A stretch of DNA of 64,000 bases from Promethearchaeota archaeon (GCA_030599585.1 JAUVNS010000008.1:64001-128000), one strand, 5' to 3'; shown: positions 9,518-20,279, numbered from the stretch's first letter. The notes: generated from the sequence alone by a model not told the origin. A program made the numbers and translations.

Positions 9518-10735
9518 TTAAGGTTTTTTTTCTCTTAAAGCTCTAACCATTGGAACGTCTTTTCCTGATAATATTTCTAGCATAGCTCCCCCACCTGTAG
9601 AAATGAAGGAAACATCCTGAGCATAACCGGACATTTCGGCTGCAGTTCCCATTTCTCCACCGCCAATTACAGAAAGAGCTCCATTATTTTTAGCAGCGTC
9701 AGCCATTGCTTTAACCATGTCGAAAGTACCTTTTCTAAATACTTCTTTTTCAAAAATACCAGGGGGTCCGTTCGCAATAATAGTTTTTGCATTCATTATA
9801 ATTTCTGTGAATTCCTCTGTAGTTTTAGGACCTATATCACCAGTTACAGCGTTGTAATCCTTTAATTCACTGATAACGATTGCTTTGCGTTTCCCATTTT
9901 CTTCAATTATTAAGTCCTTTGGCAAAATGATCTTGTCTTTAAATTTTTCGTAGGTCTCCTTAATGTCATCTTTTGCCTTCTCTAAATCTTTTACTATTGC
10001 TCCTCGGTTTGCTTCTCCAGTATCAACTCCTATAGCCTCCAAGATTAATATAGCTGTTAAACCAGAGCAGAGTGCGTAATCTAATTTTTCGTTTTCAAAA
10101 TTGAACTTCATGGCTTTAAATTTATCTATAGCTTTAGCTCCTCCAATAAGCATAATCATTGGTTTTTCGGGGGACTCTAAGATTTTAGTCATGTATTCGA
10201 ACTCTTTAACGGTTGTGGGTCCTGCGATTAATGTTGGCCACCCAATTATCGAGGGTTGTGCTCTATGGGCTGCTCCAAATGCATCTGCGATGAAATAGTC
10301 GAATAATGGCGATAGGGTTTTAATCATCTCCAAGTTTGCTGCTTCAGAAAAGTCCTTAAATTGTTTAGTTTCAGGTTCCCAAGTTCGTACATTATTGAGG
10401 ACTAACACTTCGCCTACTTTAAGATCTTTTATTGCATTAGTGGCTATTTCTCCGAATACATCCTCTACGTATTTAACAGGGCGATCTAACAATTTCCTTA
10501 TTTCTTCAGCGTGTAATTCTAAAGAGATAAAATCTTTCTTGCCTGGTCTTGATTGATGAGCCATAATTACTACAGCACTCTCTTTAAGTTCTTCTAATGA
10601 AGGGATTAGAGCGTGAATTCGAGGTGATTCGCGAATTCTATTATTTTCAACATCGATATTAGAGTTAATATCGACTCTCATCAAAATTTTCTTTCCTTTT
10701 AAATCAACATCTTTATAAGATTTATAATCAAACAT
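9518..10735 (-). CDS. pgk: Phosphoglycerate kinase
   Basis: RVDINS, HQSRP, DAFGAAHR, GGAK, NGPPGIFE and STGGGAML motifs. Confidence 0.97.
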   Translation of the reverse strand: MFDYKSYKDVDLKGKKILMRVDINSNIDVENNRIRESPRIHALIPSLEELKESAVVIMAHQSRPGKKDFISLELHAEEIRKLLDRPVKYVEDVFGEIATNAIKDLKVGEVLVLNNVRTWEPETKQFKDFSEAANLEMIKTLSPLFDYFIADAFGAAHRAQPSIIGWPTLIAGPTTVKEFEYMTKILESPEKPMIMLIGGAKAIDKFKAMKFNFENEKLDYALCSGLTAILILEAIGVDTGEANRGAIVKDLEKAKDDIKETYEKFKDKIILPKDLIIEENGKRKAIVISELKDYNAVTGDIGPKTTEEFTEIIMNAKTIIANGPPGIFEKEVFRKGTFDMVKAMADAAKNNGALSVIGGGEMGTAAEMSGYAQDVSFISTGGGAMLEILSGKDVPMVRALREKKP

Positions 10736-10885
10736 TTAATCTCACTCTATTTGATTTTGGTTATAATAAATGGTAATATATTATATCAAAAAAAGGTTTC
10801 AAATGTTAAATTGGAAATTTGCAACTCTATTATAATCTTATGATAAGGTAGAAGTAGCAATTTTAATATAGTTTAATTATCGATT

Positions 10886-13036
10886 CTACCTAAAAAATTC
10901 TTTTACAACAAATTTACAGAACTGTGTCAATTTTTCTGCTAAATCTGTTCTATCAGACGATTTTGTTAAAATCCAGTTGTTACCATATAGTTTGTTGAGA
11001 TAATCTCCTTTAGCATCAATAGAAAAAGCATAAACTTTAAATTTTTTTTTAACATCTTGAATTTCCTTTATTGCGTCATTCAATCCATATTGAGTACCTG
11101 CAGGTTGACCATCTGAAATCATTAGGATTAATACATTCTTTTCCAGTTTAGCTGCTTCATGTTTTAGAGATATACCATCTAAATTGCTCCCAATGCGTTG
11201 ATGGCGTCCAAATTTATCAAATTTTTTGACATCTGGGTATTCTTCAAAATCCTTTAATAGAATATTTAAGGCGTCATATTCGCCAGTAAAGAGTACGATG
11301 CGCAATTGAGCAATTTCATAGAGAGATTCACATAACATTACCATAGCAACTTTAGCTGCTTCTAATTTGATTCCTGCCATGCTTCCACTGATATCTACCA
11401 TCATTAAGATTTTTAATTCTTTTTGTGTTAATTTTCTCGTGAAACACTTATTATATTTAAAATCGCTTGTAACTGCTTTAATAAATTTATTGTTTAATCG
11501 TCCTCTTTTTTGTGAGTTGTCAACATCATTTTCATTTCTCAAATCTCGAAATAAATACTTTAACTTAGTTATTATGTTGTTATGTGTCTTCACGATTTCA
11601 TTGTAAGATAATTCTATTGATCTCATATCTTCATTTTCAATGTAGACATCATTTACCTTTCTTTCGGTCTCATTAAATTGGTCTTGATTCTCAATTAACA
11701 AGAGCCTTCCTTCCATTGCAGTTTGAGAATCAGACACCAATTTACTAATTTCATTAATGAAATCAACATCTTTTAGGAGGACATTGTTATTTTGATTCTC
11801 TTTATTCAAAATCGCAATTAATTTCTCAATTTCAACAGCTTTCAGATTTTCGTTATCTTTACATAATTGTTTTAATTTTTCATAAGAGTCTAATTGCTTA
11901 AAATCATCCTTGGATAAATCAAATTCATTAGAATTAAGAACTTCTTTGAGGTAGTCTTTTATAGATTCAGTTTTTGAATCTCGTTCAACTTCTTCTATTA
12001 ATTTCTCAATGTCCGCCGTGTTTAGATTTAAGTCCTTAATTTTCTCAATTACTTTTTCACTAGCTGAACTTAATTCTGATGATTCTATTTTCTTATCCCG
12101 TTCAATAAATTCTTCAAAATGATTTATTAGAGGTTCGAGATCTACGGACGAATTATGATGGTACTCTCTCTCTTCAATATTATCGTAAAGGCAAGGATCT
12201 TCCATGAAATCTGAATTTTGAAGCTCTTTTAAATATGTTTCAGAATTTCCCTCTTCCATAATTTCAGATAATTCATTATAATCACCATTTTCGTCTGTTT
12301 CATAGTAATCATCGTAATTCGGCTCATGAAATGCTTTATTGTTTACATTTTGTGGAGAAACCCTAACCCTATTTATTTTTCTTTTCATGTAAAACTTCTT
12401 TAAAACCTTACACAATTGATCAATCGTAATTATCGATGAAGCGGGTGTTAGCGACTTCAATAGGAATTTTTTTGCCGTGGAAATCGCACGCCAATCTTCT
12501 TTGCTCATATTTCGCGTTCTAAATTTTGGCTTTTTTTGAAATTCTTTATAGTTTTCCATGTATAAATTAATATAAATGAGCAAATTTCCTGAGCACTTCA
12601 TTTTAAGGATTAATTCAGGAAGTAATTGTAATGTGAAGGTTCGCAAATTATTGTAGAATCCTGGGAATTTAATATTATTTAAAGAATTAACTCTTACATC
12701 TTCTACAACATTGATAACTTGTTTTATGAAGTATTGTGGTAAGTTGTATTTTTTTGAAAAAATGTCAATGAGTTTTATAAAAGATAACTCGAATGAGCCA
12801 TAACCTATATGTCCGCTTTCATGAGCAACTAAACCCTGGGCAGTAGTAATATCATCCTTTAACTTTTTTGGTAAATATATAAACCTTCCATCAGTAAAAG
12901 TAAGCAATGAATTCTGGTTAAATTCAATGTAAATATCCTTCTTTCCGCTTATTCGTTTTCCAATATTAATTAGAGCAAATAAATCTGAGAAGAAATCTTT
13001 TTCAAAAATATCATACAAAGTCAATAAATTGATCAC
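10886..13036 (-). CDS. vWA-domain protein (CobT/NorD-like) with N-terminal HExxH module
   Basis: AHESGH and NVVEDVRVN at the N-terminus, an acidic linker, and a C-terminal MIDAS DISGS with SDGQP. Confidence 0.85.
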   Translation of the reverse strand: MINLLTLYDIFEKDFFSDLFALINIGKRISGKKDIYIEFNQNSLLTFTDGRFIYLPKKLKDDITTAQGLVAHESGHIGYGSFELSFIKLIDIFSKKYNLPQYFIKQVINVVEDVRVNSLNNIKFPGFYNNLRTFTLQLLPELILKMKCSGNLLIYINLYMENYKEFQKKPKFRTRNMSKEDWRAISTAKKFLLKSLTPASSIITIDQLCKVLKKFYMKRKINRVRVSPQNVNNKAFHEPNYDDYYETDENGDYNELSEIMEEGNSETYLKELQNSDFMEDPCLYDNIEEREYHHNSSVDLEPLINHFEEFIERDKKIESSELSSASEKVIEKIKDLNLNTADIEKLIEEVERDSKTESIKDYLKEVLNSNEFDLSKDDFKQLDSYEKLKQLCKDNENLKAVEIEKLIAILNKENQNNNVLLKDVDFINEISKLVSDSQTAMEGRLLLIENQDQFNETERKVNDVYIENEDMRSIELSYNEIVKTHNNIITKLKYLFRDLRNENDVDNSQKRGRLNNKFIKAVTSDFKYNKCFTRKLTQKELKILMMVDISGSMAGIKLEAAKVAMVMLCESLYEIAQLRIVLFTGEYDALNILLKDFEEYPDVKKFDKFGRHQRIGSNLDGISLKHEAAKLEKNVLILMISDGQPAGTQYGLNDAIKEIQDVKKKFKVYAFSIDAKGDYLNKLYGNNWILTKSSDRTDLAEKLTQFCKFVVKEFFR

Positions 13037-13066
13037 CCCACTTACACATAAGAATGGTTTATTAAT

Positions 13067-14308
13067 CTAATCTAACACCGGACAGATTCGCCGCATAAAA
13101 TCCATTAAATCTTTATTCTTATTTCTATATAGCCACTTTATATAGCGAAATGTTATTTCTCCATTGCAAAGGTGGTTTTGTCTTATACTTTCCTTATAAA
13201 CCTTATGATATCCAAGTTTTTCAGTTAATTGGATGTAATCTTTTAAAGATGTTCTATGTCGTTGCCAAAACCACTCGAAAAATTTCCACATAAGACTTCC
13301 GTCTTCATTTTTATATTTACCATTTCCTAATTCAAACACATACGCTTCCACTTTACTTTTAAAATTGCTAATAATTTTGGCTTCTGGAGCTCTTGGAAAA
13401 ATTAAACCCGCTTTTATACTTGATTTAGCCTTAGAAATTGGAAACAAATATTTCTTTAAATTGTCTTCAAATAATTTTCCATCCAATATCATCGCGATAC
13501 TTTTCTTTTCTTCTTGGTTCTCACCTAATTTATTAATGATAACATTCTCAATATTATATCTTAAATAATCTGGAGACATATTTGATACAATTAAGCAGAA
13601 GTTAACAATTAACCTAGTAGAGAAAATTTTAGTTATCGAAAAATCTTTTATTGCTTGCTTTCTGATCTGTCTAGCAGCGTCTACAACAGTTTCAGCGACT
13701 ATTTTTTTACATCCTGATAGTTTAACAGCAATTTCGATCTCTTTTTGTTTTGTGGGATATGTTATTTCAGGGCAAACTAAGAAACGATCTTCAAATGCTT
13801 CTTGAAGTTTATTAATTCCTAATACACTTTTGTTCATTGTCCCAATTATAACAAGTTTACTCGTTTCTTTTAAACTACATCTTTCAAATCCTTTCGAAAT
13901 CAAGTTAATATGGCTTTCTGAGAGAAGGGAATTTAACGAGATTTGTTCACTTTCTCTAATTGCATTTATTTCATTTATAACAATAAAAGATATACCGTTT
14001 TTATTTGCATCTTCTATAGCTCTTGTCAATGGTCCATGATTGAACTTCGTATCGCCGTTAAATAACTCCCAATTCCCTTCGATATCTCTTCTATCAAGAT
14101 CTGGTGAACCATCAATTATAAAATATGAAGAATTGAAATCTTTAGCGAGAGATGTTGCTAAAAGGGTTTTACCCGTTCCAGGAGGACCGTGTAATAAGAT
14201 ACCAATACATCTGCCATTCCCTAAGGAATTAATTAAAGCCTTCAAATAGTCAAATTCATTTCTTTGCTGAATGTATTCAATATTTTTACTTATTGCTATG
14301 TCTGACAA
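13067..14308 (-). CDS. MoxR-family AAA+ ATPase (CbbQ/NorQ/CobS-like) with C-terminal extension
   Basis: GPPGTGKT, GPLTRA, INEIN (degenerate Walker B), TMN, AFEDRF and STR motifs. Lies upstream of the vWA gene. Confidence 0.88.
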   Translation of the reverse strand: MSDIAISKNIEYIQQRNEFDYLKALINSLGNGRCIGILLHGPPGTGKTLLATSLAKDFNSSYFIIDGSPDLDRRDIEGNWELFNGDTKFNHGPLTRAIEDANKNGISFIVINEINAIRESEQISLNSLLSESHINLISKGFERCSLKETSKLVIIGTMNKSVLGINKLQEAFEDRFLVCPEITYPTKQKEIEIAVKLSGCKKIVAETVVDAARQIRKQAIKDFSITKIFSTRLIVNFCLIVSNMSPDYLRYNIENVIINKLGENQEEKKSIAMILDGKLFEDNLKKYLFPISKAKSSIKAGLIFPRAPEAKIISNFKSKVEAYVFELGNGKYKNEDGSLMWKFFEWFWQRHRTSLKDYIQLTEKLGYHKVYKESIRQNHLCNGEITFRYIKWLYRNKNKDLMDFMRRICPVLD

Positions 14309-14621
14309 ATCGATCTCCTCCTACTAATATGAATCCTAATTAAATTGAAATTTAGGAAAATAACACTAGAATGATGTTGCTGAATATTGATTTTTGAATT
14401 TAAGGTAATTTATAATGGGTACACTAATGTATTTAAAAACTCACACCATCTTGAATTTCAAATAATTCTAAAAAATGTCTTAAAATTTAGCGTTTTAAAC
14501 CTATTTATATGAAAATGTTAAAAATAATATGTTGGAACATCTTTCTTAATTTATTAAGGCTAAAAGATTTCAATGAATATAGAGATTTGAACATTAAGTC
14601 TTATGAAATTTAGTTCGGTGA

Positions 14622-15407
14622 ATGAGATTGGATGATATCAGAGAAATATTAAATCGTTTGTTAAAAAAAGAGTGCTCAGTCGAAGAAGCAGAAAAATTGT
14701 TAAAGGCAAATGCTATTGAAGAGGTTGGAGATTTTGCCAAATTAGATATTTTTCGAAAATTACGCACTGGCGTTGTTGAGGTTATTTACGCGGAAAATAA
14801 AACCCCTCAGATGATTATAGAAATAATTTCTACATTCTTAAAAAGAAATAAATTTGCAATCGTATCAAGGTATAAAGACGAACAGAAGGCTTTAATTTTT
14901 AAAGAATTTGGTGGTAAAGAAGAAATATCATTAGATGTTAACGAATTGGCTAAAATTGTAATCGTAAAAGAAAAAGACTTCAAATTTAAAAAGAAGGGTG
15001 GAAGGATTGGGATAATTTCAGCCGGAAGTTCAGATATCCCTATTGCTGAGGAAGCGAAAGTAATTGCAGATTCAATGGGCTGTAAAGTATTTACCAGCTA
15101 CGATTTAGGAATTGCTGGTATTCATCGTCTTTTTAAACCTCTCAGTGAAATGATTAAAGAAGATATTCACGTAGTAATTGTATGCGCAGGGATGGAAGGA
15201 ACCTTGCCTGGAATTGTTGCTGCCCTCGTTGACATTCCGGTAATAGGAGTTCCCATATCTAGTGGATACGGATTAGGAGAAAAAGGTATTGGTGCTTTAA
15301 CAACCATGCTTCAATCATGCTCACCAGGATTATTAGTAGTCAACATTGATAATGGGTTTGGAGCAGGTGCTTCTGCTGCTTTAATAGCTAATAGCATCGC
15401 AAAATAA
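14622..15407 (+). CDS. larB: Nickel pincer cofactor biosynthesis protein LarB
   Basis: RTGVVEVIYAENKT, AGSSDIPIAEEA, AGMEGTLP, PISSGYG and VNIDNGFGAG motifs. Confidence 0.92.
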   Translation: MRLDDIREILNRLLKKECSVEEAEKLLKANAIEEVGDFAKLDIFRKLRTGVVEVIYAENKTPQMIIEIISTFLKRNKFAIVSRYKDEQKALIFKEFGGKEEISLDVNELAKIVIVKEKDFKFKKKGGRIGIISAGSSDIPIAEEAKVIADSMGCKVFTSYDLGIAGIHRLFKPLSEMIKEDIHVVIVCAGMEGTLPGIVAALVDIPVIGVPISSGYGLGEKGIGALTTMLQSCSPGLLVVNIDNGFGAGASAALIANSIAK

Positions 15408-15533
15408 ATTTTTCATTTAAGAGTTTCTTCTTACTATTTGTAAGAGATTACAAATTTTGTATATTTTTATAATAAGTTAATTTAAGATTATTATATTCTT
15501 AAAATAAAAATTAAAAAAACTATTATAAAAAAT

Positions 15534-16205
15534 GTGTACGTTATGGCACCTACAGCTGCGTCTCTTGAAGCGTTATCGAAATTGAGACAATTAAATCCTG
15601 TAACAGGATGGTATGTTGTTACTCTTTTAGTCATTGTTTTATATATCTACGGTGTAGAAATCAAAAAAGCAAGGGAGACTAACAATTGGAGCACTGTCTT
15701 TGCTGGATTAACATTATTAGGTCTTGACCTTATTAATGAAATTTGGAATGGCTTAGTATTTGCCTTTTCAAATTATTCTGCGTTTTGGACTACACCAGGA
15801 TCAAGTGCTTATATAATTTTAATTGGTTGGAACATAGAAATAGCATTTATGTTTTCGATCGGAGGTATTGTCTTCGCAAAATTTCTACCAAATGACAAAA
15901 AAAAGAAAATTTTAGGACTTCCAAATCGCTGGGCTATGGCAATCGGCTTTACACTGTTTTCAGTGTTTGTTGAGATTCTATTGAATTGGGGCAATTATTT
16001 AATATGGGAGTATGTGTGGTGGAACTGGTACAACCCCATTTTAATCTTTCTTATAGGTTACTTTCACTTTTTTGTGGGAGCATTTTATGTGTATGACCTT
16101 CCCGAAAGAAAAGAAAAAATTAAGGTAGTAGGACTTATCTACGGAATAGCTATCGTTCTTTTATGTATCTTTGGTCCCTTATTGATGCCTCTTGGTATCT
16201 TTTAG
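15534..16205 (+). CDS. Hypothetical multi-pass membrane protein
   Basis: About 6-7 hydrophobic helices, Trp-rich. Confidence 0.75.
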   Translation: MYVMAPTAASLEALSKLRQLNPVTGWYVVTLLVIVLYIYGVEIKKARETNNWSTVFAGLTLLGLDLINEIWNGLVFAFSNYSAFWTTPGSSAYIILIGWNIEIAFMFSIGGIVFAKFLPNDKKKKILGLPNRWAMAIGFTLFSVFVEILLNWGNYLIWEYVWWNWYNPILIFLIGYFHFFVGAFYVYDLPERKEKIKVVGLIYGIAIVLLCIFGPLLMPLGIF

Positions 16206-16417
16206 CTAATAAAAATCCTTTTTTTTTTTATTTTTTTTCTCAAATAACTATTTGAACTATTTTTTGCGGTATCCAAATGAAGATAATTCAGAACTGACAC
16301 CGATTTTGACCATTTTACACCTTTTAAATTGAATGTGAAAGTATATATATTTAGATTAACATAATTAATATTGAAATTACTAATTCTAAATATAAAAAAA
16401 ACTAACATACTATAAAG

Positions 16418-16960
16418 TTGAGACCGATGGTCGCAACAATTGATAATTTTGAAAAGTCTAAAGAATTTTTTAAAAGTGGCGATATTCTTAATGCCTTAGA
16501 GAGTTTTATTAAATCATTAGATCATTTAGATACTTCGAAAGACGCTAAAAAAGAAGAGTTAATTATGTTTTTGGAAAATCTGTTACAATATAGCAAGGAT
16601 AACAATCTTAGAAACGAAGAAGCTATGGTTTTAAGAGCTCTAGGAAGAACTCATTCTAAATTTAGAAATCATGTAGAAGGGTTAAAATATTCGTATCAGG
16701 CATTAAAAATTCAAAAGAAAATAGGGAGAAAGTTAGATATTGCTGAGAGTTTAGTTTTTATTGCTGAAGACCTCGAAATTTCAGGTAATTCTGACGAATG
16801 CATAAAATCTTTTACTGAAGCTGCAGAAATATTTCATGATTTAGGGAAACTAGATAAAGAAATAGAAATCAAAAACGAAATTAACCGGTTGGAAGTTTTT
16901 TCTGAACAAATAGTTAAAGATGAATTTAACTTAAAAAAATTCAATATAGATAACTACTAA
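16418..16960 (+). CDS. TPR-like helical repeat protein
   Basis: LRALGRTH...ALKIQKKIG...IAESL...AAEIFHDLG repeat pattern. Confidence 0.75.
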   Translation: MRPMVATIDNFEKSKEFFKSGDILNALESFIKSLDHLDTSKDAKKEELIMFLENLLQYSKDNNLRNEEAMVLRALGRTHSKFRNHVEGLKYSYQALKIQKKIGRKLDIAESLVFIAEDLEISGNSDECIKSFTEAAEIFHDLGKLDKEIEIKNEINRLEVFSEQIVKDEFNLKKFNIDNY

Positions 16961-17036
16961 ATCAATCCAAGTATGGCCACTAAATTTAAAAAAATCCTTT
17001 TTTTTTTTAATTTTATATAAAATGAGTAAGCTGCGG

Positions 17037-18326
17037 CTATGAATTAGTCTTGTAAAGCATTTCTATCACATTTTGACAATAAAACAGTATTTCTTTAACA
17101 GGTAGAGATGTATCTTTGCTGATTACTCTTAAATCTTCAAATTCAGGTTTTACATTGATGACTTCCGTTTTTTCTCCTTTTTTAATAAACGAGATTTTAA
17201 AATTCAGTTCATACCATTTACCATTAATTTCTATTTTTTCATTCACAATCTTACGATCGACGCAAACACGCTTACTTGAATAGAATCTTACACCAAGCGT
17301 ACCCAACTCTCTTAAAGTTTTAAGAATAAGATCATAACTGTGAGAAGGTTCACAAATGATTTTGATGACGTGACCTGGGCGATTTTTCTTAGTAATACTT
17401 GGGATTATTTGAATGTCTAGAATATCTTCATTTCCTAAAATATTTACAAAATTGCCTAATATTTCTCCTGATACATCGTCTACAGCTGTTTCTAGAATGT
17501 TAACTTCCTCAATATAATCACTTATAGGATGCAACTCATTAGAACGCATCAAATGCTTTCTCTCTCCGTAAAATAAACGAAGTGTATTCGAAAAAGCGTT
17601 AAACTCCTTTTGGCCGGTCCCACAGGACATCTTTAGCAAATTCATAGAAGGAACAAATTCTGAATGAGTAGGATTTAAATTTACCAATAACGCTGCTCCA
17701 GTAGGAGTTACTAGTTCCGCTTCAATAGGTCCTCCCTTTATAGACAAATTAGAGTTTTCTAATATTTTTACTGTAGCTGGAGCAGGGATAGGCAAGATTC
17801 CGTGAGCACTTTTTATTTTTCCACCACCAAGAGGTACTTCGCTACAATAATATGAGAAATCTGTGTCAAATCCTCCTAGAGTATCAATTACTTTTGTCAC
17901 TCCCAAAATATCAATTAGTGTGTCAACTGAACTTAATTCGTGAAGGTGTATATTTTCAATTGATTTTCCATGAACTTCAGCTTCGGCTTTAAATAAGGTG
18001 CTTAAAACATTCCCTGCAAACTCTTTAGCTGGATTCGAAAAATAGTTATTATTAAGATACTCATTGAGAGCGTTCGAAAGATCATCCGGAGTTCTATGAA
18101 TCCTAGATTCCTCTATTATTATCTCAAGTCTATTAGTTTCTATACCCATCCTTTTAACGATCTTTAGATCAAGTTCTAATTCAGATACACCTTTTAACCT
18201 ATTCTTTAAATCTTTCAAATTTGTGATAATTTGAGTTGGATCAGGTATTAAACCTAATAACGATGCTAATAACATATCCCCCGAGATTCCTGAGTTAGTT
18301 AAATCAAAATATATAGATTTCATCAC
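17037..18326 (-). CDS. larC: Nickel insertase LarC
   Basis: SGISGDM, AEAEVHG, HLHE, HGILPIPAPAT, ELVTPTGAA, ETAVDD, KKNRPG and KPEFED motifs, all in one ORF. Confidence 0.93.
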   Translation of the reverse strand: MMKSIYFDLTNSGISGDMLLASLLGLIPDPTQIITNLKDLKNRLKGVSELELDLKIVKRMGIETNRLEIIIEESRIHRTPDDLSNALNEYLNNNYFSNPAKEFAGNVLSTLFKAEAEVHGKSIENIHLHELSSVDTLIDILGVTKVIDTLGGFDTDFSYYCSEVPLGGGKIKSAHGILPIPAPATVKILENSNLSIKGGPIEAELVTPTGAALLVNLNPTHSEFVPSMNLLKMSCGTGQKEFNAFSNTLRLFYGERKHLMRSNELHPISDYIEEVNILETAVDDVSGEILGNFVNILGNEDILDIQIIPSITKKNRPGHVIKIICEPSHSYDLILKTLRELGTLGVRFYSSKRVCVDRKIVNEKIEINGKWYELNFKISFIKKGEKTEVINVKPEFEDLRVISKDTSLPVKEILFYCQNVIEMLYKTNS

Positions 18327-18480
18327 ATGCTCACTCTCATGATTAAAATAGGTGAATTTATACCTAGTAATATAAATAAAATAACAATACTAAAAATAAT
18401 AAACCGTTGTTATTTTATAATAAATTGTACTTAATTTCAATTTAATAGTTATAAATTTAAGATTAAAAAAATGGTTAGTT

Positions 18481-19215
18481 ATGAGTGAACTTCAGACTAT
18501 CAAATGTTACTTAGATCAAATACCAGCAACTTTTATAAAGTTGTTAGGTATAGATCCACCAACTGGAATGATTCCAGAGCCCGTCAAAGAGGTTGTTGAT
18601 CTCTATCATGGTATTGAACGAATAAGTGTAAGTATAATTGATAATTTTGGTTTATTTGAACTCACATTTAATAAACCCGAATTTATGATAACAAATTCTC
18701 AGGTAATGTTGCTTCTCTCCACCAAAAACCCTTATACTTTAGGCGTGTTACATCAAATGATGTATGGAGGATTCGAGTTTGAACCCAATGGATTTCATTT
18801 ATTAAGATACTTAAACGAACATGGAAAGAAATCATGCTTTGTTGGAAGAAAAAAAGACATCGCTAGATATGATGGAGGAACTCATTCGATTCCGAAAGAA
18901 ACGGATATGGCTACATGGGTTGAATCTGCGAAGGTTATTAATAATTTTGAAATGTCTTGGATGCATTATTTAGATTTTGAAAATCTTCACAAACAACAAC
19001 AAGCATTAAAACAAAGAACTCCTGAGGACTTGATTGATAAATTAATACTTCGCACTGATAAGTGGATTTTAGGAAATTACAAACAACTTAGAAATAACTC
19101 TCTAATGGTAATTTTAGGCGATCATGGGAGAGTTAAATTAAATTTAGAGTATTCTGGCAAGATAGCTCAATGGCGGGAAGCTAGCGTACCGATAGCTATT
19201 ATAATTAGGAAATAA
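18481..19215 (+). CDS. Divergent alkaline-phosphatase-superfamily-like protein
   Basis: IIDNFG near the N-terminus and LGDHG near the C-terminus recall the metal ligands of the AP/NPP/PglZ fold. Probably co-transcribed with nikR. Confidence 0.5.
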   Translation: MSELQTIKCYLDQIPATFIKLLGIDPPTGMIPEPVKEVVDLYHGIERISVSIIDNFGLFELTFNKPEFMITNSQVMLLLSTKNPYTLGVLHQMMYGGFEFEPNGFHLLRYLNEHGKKSCFVGRKKDIARYDGGTHSIPKETDMATWVESAKVINNFEMSWMHYLDFENLHKQQQALKQRTPEDLIDKLILRTDKWILGNYKQLRNNSLMVILGDHGRVKLNLEYSGKIAQWREASVPIAIIIRK

Positions 19216-19242
19216 GTATATCCTATTTTTATAAAAACTAAG

Positions 19243-19776
19243 ATGTCTAAAATGGAAGAATATAAGCGTTTTACAGTTTCACTTCCTAAAGAATTATACG
19301 ACAAATTTGAAGCTTTCAGGAATAATATTGGTATTTCGAGATCAGATAGTATAAGGAAGGCAATGTATTCTTTAATGGCTAGTGAAGAGAATATTACGAA
19401 AGCTTCTGGAACTGTTGTTGGTTGCATTCCAATAATTATGCTTCATGAACATTTTACAGATAAGCATGAAAAGGAAGATTCATCAGAACATTCTCATGAA
19501 ATTAATCATGACGATAAACACCATGATCACGAATACGATTCTAGACCAATTTACGCCTCTGTTCAACAAACGGATGAAATCCTGAAAAATGATATACAAC
19601 ATCATTTCTATGATGTTATTACATCAACTTTACATGTACATCTTGAATTTGAAAAATGTTTAGAAATTATTGCAGTGTCTGGACCCTTTGAAAGAGTAAA
19701 AAAACTTAAAGAAGCTTTACAAAGATTAAGGAGCGTCGTATCGATACAATTTTTTATCACTGATAAAGAATTTTGA
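19243..19776 (+). CDS. nikR: NikR-family nickel-responsive regulator with His-rich insert
   Basis: Ribbon-helix-helix (RFTVSLP...SRSDSIRKAM), C-terminal ACT-like domain with LHVHL...CLEII ligands, and a His/Asp/Glu-rich insertion. Confidence 0.85.
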   Translation: MSKMEEYKRFTVSLPKELYDKFEAFRNNIGISRSDSIRKAMYSLMASEENITKASGTVVGCIPIIMLHEHFTDKHEKEDSSEHSHEINHDDKHHDHEYDSRPIYASVQQTDEILKNDIQHHFYDVITSTLHVHLEFEKCLEIIAVSGPFERVKKLKEALQRLRSVVSIQFFITDKEF

Positions 19777-20081
19777 TTTAAAATTAAGTAGCACCATATA
19801 GAATGATAATCTTGCTTAAAAGGAAGAGAAAAGAATAAAAATTTTTCTTCAAACAAGAAAAGAATAAAGATAAGGCGATTTATGAAGTTTTTTTTATTCT
19901 ATTTGGTCGTGTTTATTGTGTGTGTTATAACTACAATAACAGAATTTCAATAAGAATAAACATACATTGGGAAATTAGTAATTTTTCAGAAATAAAAAAA
20001 AAGAATTATTTAATTAATAAAAAAATTTTACCTTGTAGATGCTTATGAACAATAAATTTATAGACCGAGAGAGGATTTTCT

Positions 20082-20279
20082 TTATAAATCCTTTTCTTGG
20101 ACTGTCTTTCTACCGTTCGCTTTTGCTCGTTTAATCGCTTTATCAAGAATATCAATTAAAGCATCATTGAGTGCTGGACCATCAATTACATCTCCAGATG
20201 TGTTACAATCTTTTGATTTGATGTATTCTCGAACTTTGGACTTAACAAAAAGGACATCTACGCTTGGTTTCTTTGCCAT
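20082..20279 (-). CDS. Small histone-fold protein (non-nucleosomal type)
   Basis: LFVKSKVREYIK...NTS...AIKRAKANGRKTVQEKDL carries the histone L2 RKT motif and ends just after RxTxxxxD. Strong GGAGG SD. Confidence 0.85.
   Translation of the reverse strand: MAKKPSVDVLFVKSKVREYIKSKDCNTSGDVIDGPALNDALIDILDKAIKRAKANGRKTVQEKDL

Noticed and set aside
16202-16408. 68-aa minus-strand intergenic ORF
   Set aside because: Low-complexity AT-rich translation with no SD or motif.
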